NCBI GenBank assembly: GCA_036339735.1
Contig: JAYZAL010000039.1
Span: forward strand, 1-50,333
Length of the DNA: 50,333 nt
Reading direction: 5' to 3'
Source: Candidatus Poribacteria bacterium
Lineage (GTDB): Bacteria; Poribacteria; WGA-4E; UBA9662
Positions 48,604-50,333 of this stretch are shown here, in pieces (position 1 is the stretch's first letter; each line of letters opens with the position of its first letter). The position numbers and the translations under genes are program-made. The notes beneath the pieces were generated by a model. It ran no database searches and was not told the origin of the DNA. It worked only from the letters and a program-made list of their open reading frames with translations.

Positions 48604-50333
48604 TTACTGATTCCATACGTTGACTATCTTATTCTGGGTCACACTACCGACTGCTACTGTGACTATGTACAAGCCGGTAGCAACCGGATTTCCATTATAG
48701 TCACGACCATTCCAAGGTAGAGCAACCTTTCCTGCAGGAAATAACTCTTGTTCTGCAAGCCAGCTGACAAGAAATCCGCTCATGTCATAGACTTTGATGC
48801 TGGCAAGTGCAGCTTTGTCTAATTGGAAAGAAATAGTAGTCCTAGTGTAGGGTGCTAGGCGACCTATCGGTGAAAACACCCTAGGTTGACACGTTAGGCT
48901 ATTTTTCAGGATGGCAGCTGAACTATCAGCCTGATTCGGTGTCATCTCCATAACCCCATACTGGCCTAGTTGATGAATTGCCGTACTAACAGTCTTTTTC
49001 TCGGTATCAACTGCTCCTCCAATCATCTGCCACTGTTTGGTATTTTCTACCAGTTGGAAAATGATTGGCTTATAGCCCGGGGTCAAGCTCTCATTACTAT
49101 AGGATATAGTTAGAGTGGCCGGTTTAATTTTGTTTAACTTTTTCAGGTCTGACTCCAACAAATATGATAGATTTAGCGGCCTCCAACTTCTACCTAATGG
49201 CCAGTCAATAGTCGAGGAAGGAACATGGTTAATGGTTACGATAGTGTTCTGCTCTAGGCTATTAGGTGGCAAATATAGATTTACTCTACCATCAGATGAC
49301 TGTAAATCTCCTCCTCTAGACTTCTCTGTCAGCGATGTTATTGAGACTTGGACCGTTGTTTCCCTGCGCTGATTTACCTGATCTTCCACTGTTAGACGGA
49401 AGCTGTAAATACCACGCCTCTTACCTGCTAGCCATTGTAGAATTTCACCATCCTCCACCGGCGACATAATCGGTCTGGGAGTAGCTTTAAGCCAATTTGT
49501 TGGTGCATTACCTTCTCCAAAATCAATCCAATATGATTTGAAGTTAGGGTCAGTAGCTGTACCGAATAGAGTCAAGACTTGACTTATCTGTTCGTTATCG
49601 AGCGGCCTACTAATCTTTGCCTGTGGTGGTGTATTATCTACTGTTACTGCGCGTATAAGTTCAGTCGGAGGTTGTCCGCTCTGATCAGTTGCAACTAATT
49701 TTATTTCGTAAACTCCGTCTGGAAGGGATGATGTATCCCACTCGGCCAGCCGATTATCTTCCATTATTCCTTGAATAATGGATAATGAATGCCAATCAGA
49801 TGACAATGGCCGAAATAATAATTCAACCTGATCTAAATTGACATCAGTTACGATACCTGTTATACCAATAATCTGACTGACAACTTGGTTTTGAGTGGGC
49901 GACTGTAATGTGACCTGGGGAGGCGTATTATCAATGGTAATAGTACGACGAGCAATAGAAACTTGTCCTGACTTGTCGTCCACGGTTAGGCGCAGTGAGT
50001 AAATTCCATCATCCGTTATGGTTGTAGAAAATTGCCTTAGAATATCAGATTTAACTGGAGTATTACTAATGCCTCCAATTGATTGCCAATTATCTTCTCT
50101 CGGGTCTATACCAGGCCCTAATTCCAGTAGAAAAGATTTGAAGTGATCGTCAATGGCTGTTCCCAAAACTTTCAGATTGCCACTAACAACAGCGTCTGAC
50201 ACCAAAAGGTCGATTTCGGCTTTTGGTGGTGTATTATCTGCTATAATTCGTCTCTTCACCACGACCTGGTCATTTGTAAAATCCTCCACTATTAACTTCA
50301 AAGTGTACTGACCTTCTAATCCCGTAGCATCCC
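48604..50333 (-). CDS. Large surface protein with tandem bacterial Ig-like repeats and a C-terminal FlgD-Ig-like domain (5' end outside the window)
   Basis: Repeated DNTPP / WDTSSLPDGVY / YSLRLTVDD units; TTISFQL..WNGRD..GLYIV tail; the frame stays open to the window edge (WDATGLEGQYTLKL). Confidence 0.82.
   Translation of the reverse strand, partial: DATGLEGQYTLKLIVEDFTNDQVVVKRRIIADNTPPKAEIDLLVSDAVVSGNLKVLGTAIDDHFKSFLLELGPGIDPREDNWQSIGGISNTPVKSDILRQFSTTITDDGIYSLRLTVDDKSGQVSIARRTITIDNTPPQVTLQSPTQNQVVSQIIGITGIVTDVNLDQVELLFRPLSSDWHSLSIIQGIMEDNRLAEWDTSSLPDGVYEIKLVATDQSGQPPTELIRAVTVDNTPPQAKISRPLDNEQISQVLTLFGTATDPNFKSYWIDFGEGNAPTNWLKATPRPIMSPVEDGEILQWLAGKRRGIYSFRLTVEDQVNQRRETTVQVSITSLTEKSRGGDLQSSDGRVNLYLPPNSLEQNTIVTINHVPSSTIDWPLGRSWRPLNLSYLLESDLKKLNKIKPATLTISYSNESLTPGYKPIIFQLVENTKQWQMIGGAVDTEKKTVSTAIHQLGQYGVMEMTPNQADSSAAILKNSLTCQPRVFSPIGRLAPYTRTTISFQLDKAALASIKVYDMSGFLVSWLAEQELFPAGKVALPWNGRDYNGNPVATGLYIVTVAVGSVTQNKIVNVWNQ

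Overview
AT-rich bacterial genomic DNA, about 35 protein-coding genes, mostly on the minus strand. I saw no rRNA, tRNA, CRISPR array, transposase or integrase. Three secreted proteins ending in a KLxxxWxx(I/L)K motif, LamG domains, many ankyrin/LRR/WD40 proteins and a PorV-like barrel suggest Candidatus Poribacteria (inference from remembered family patterns, not a search). Three zones are visible. (1) 1-22 kb is an accessory patchwork: an OpgC-like acyltransferase, a Mesh1-like HD hydrolase, an AAC(2')-like GNAT, a divergent UvrA, a tandem-duplicated nucleotidyltransferase, a kinase, a VOC protein, methyltransferases, an orphan trpF, four intact ankyrin genes and two decayed ones. (2) 22-36.5 kb holds a PQQ-propeller/esterase fusion, a soluble LRR-histidine kinase-receiver hybrid, a TonB-dependent receptor and secreted LamG-type proteins. 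(3) 36.7-50.3 kb is the best candidate for an undescribed system. It has a Toll-like TIR-TM-coiled-coil-WD40 receptor overlapping a PorV-like barrel/transglutaminase-fold gene, a non-catalytic FGE-domain gene, a RyR-TPR-SLOG-class III cyclase fusion and an Ig-repeat/FlgD-type surface protein. Interleaved with these are both Preiss-Handler entry enzymes of NAD salvage (pncA, pncB). A decayed FlgD-type gene tail just upstream of the TIR gene suggests pncA was inserted into this operon. All functional links are hypotheses.
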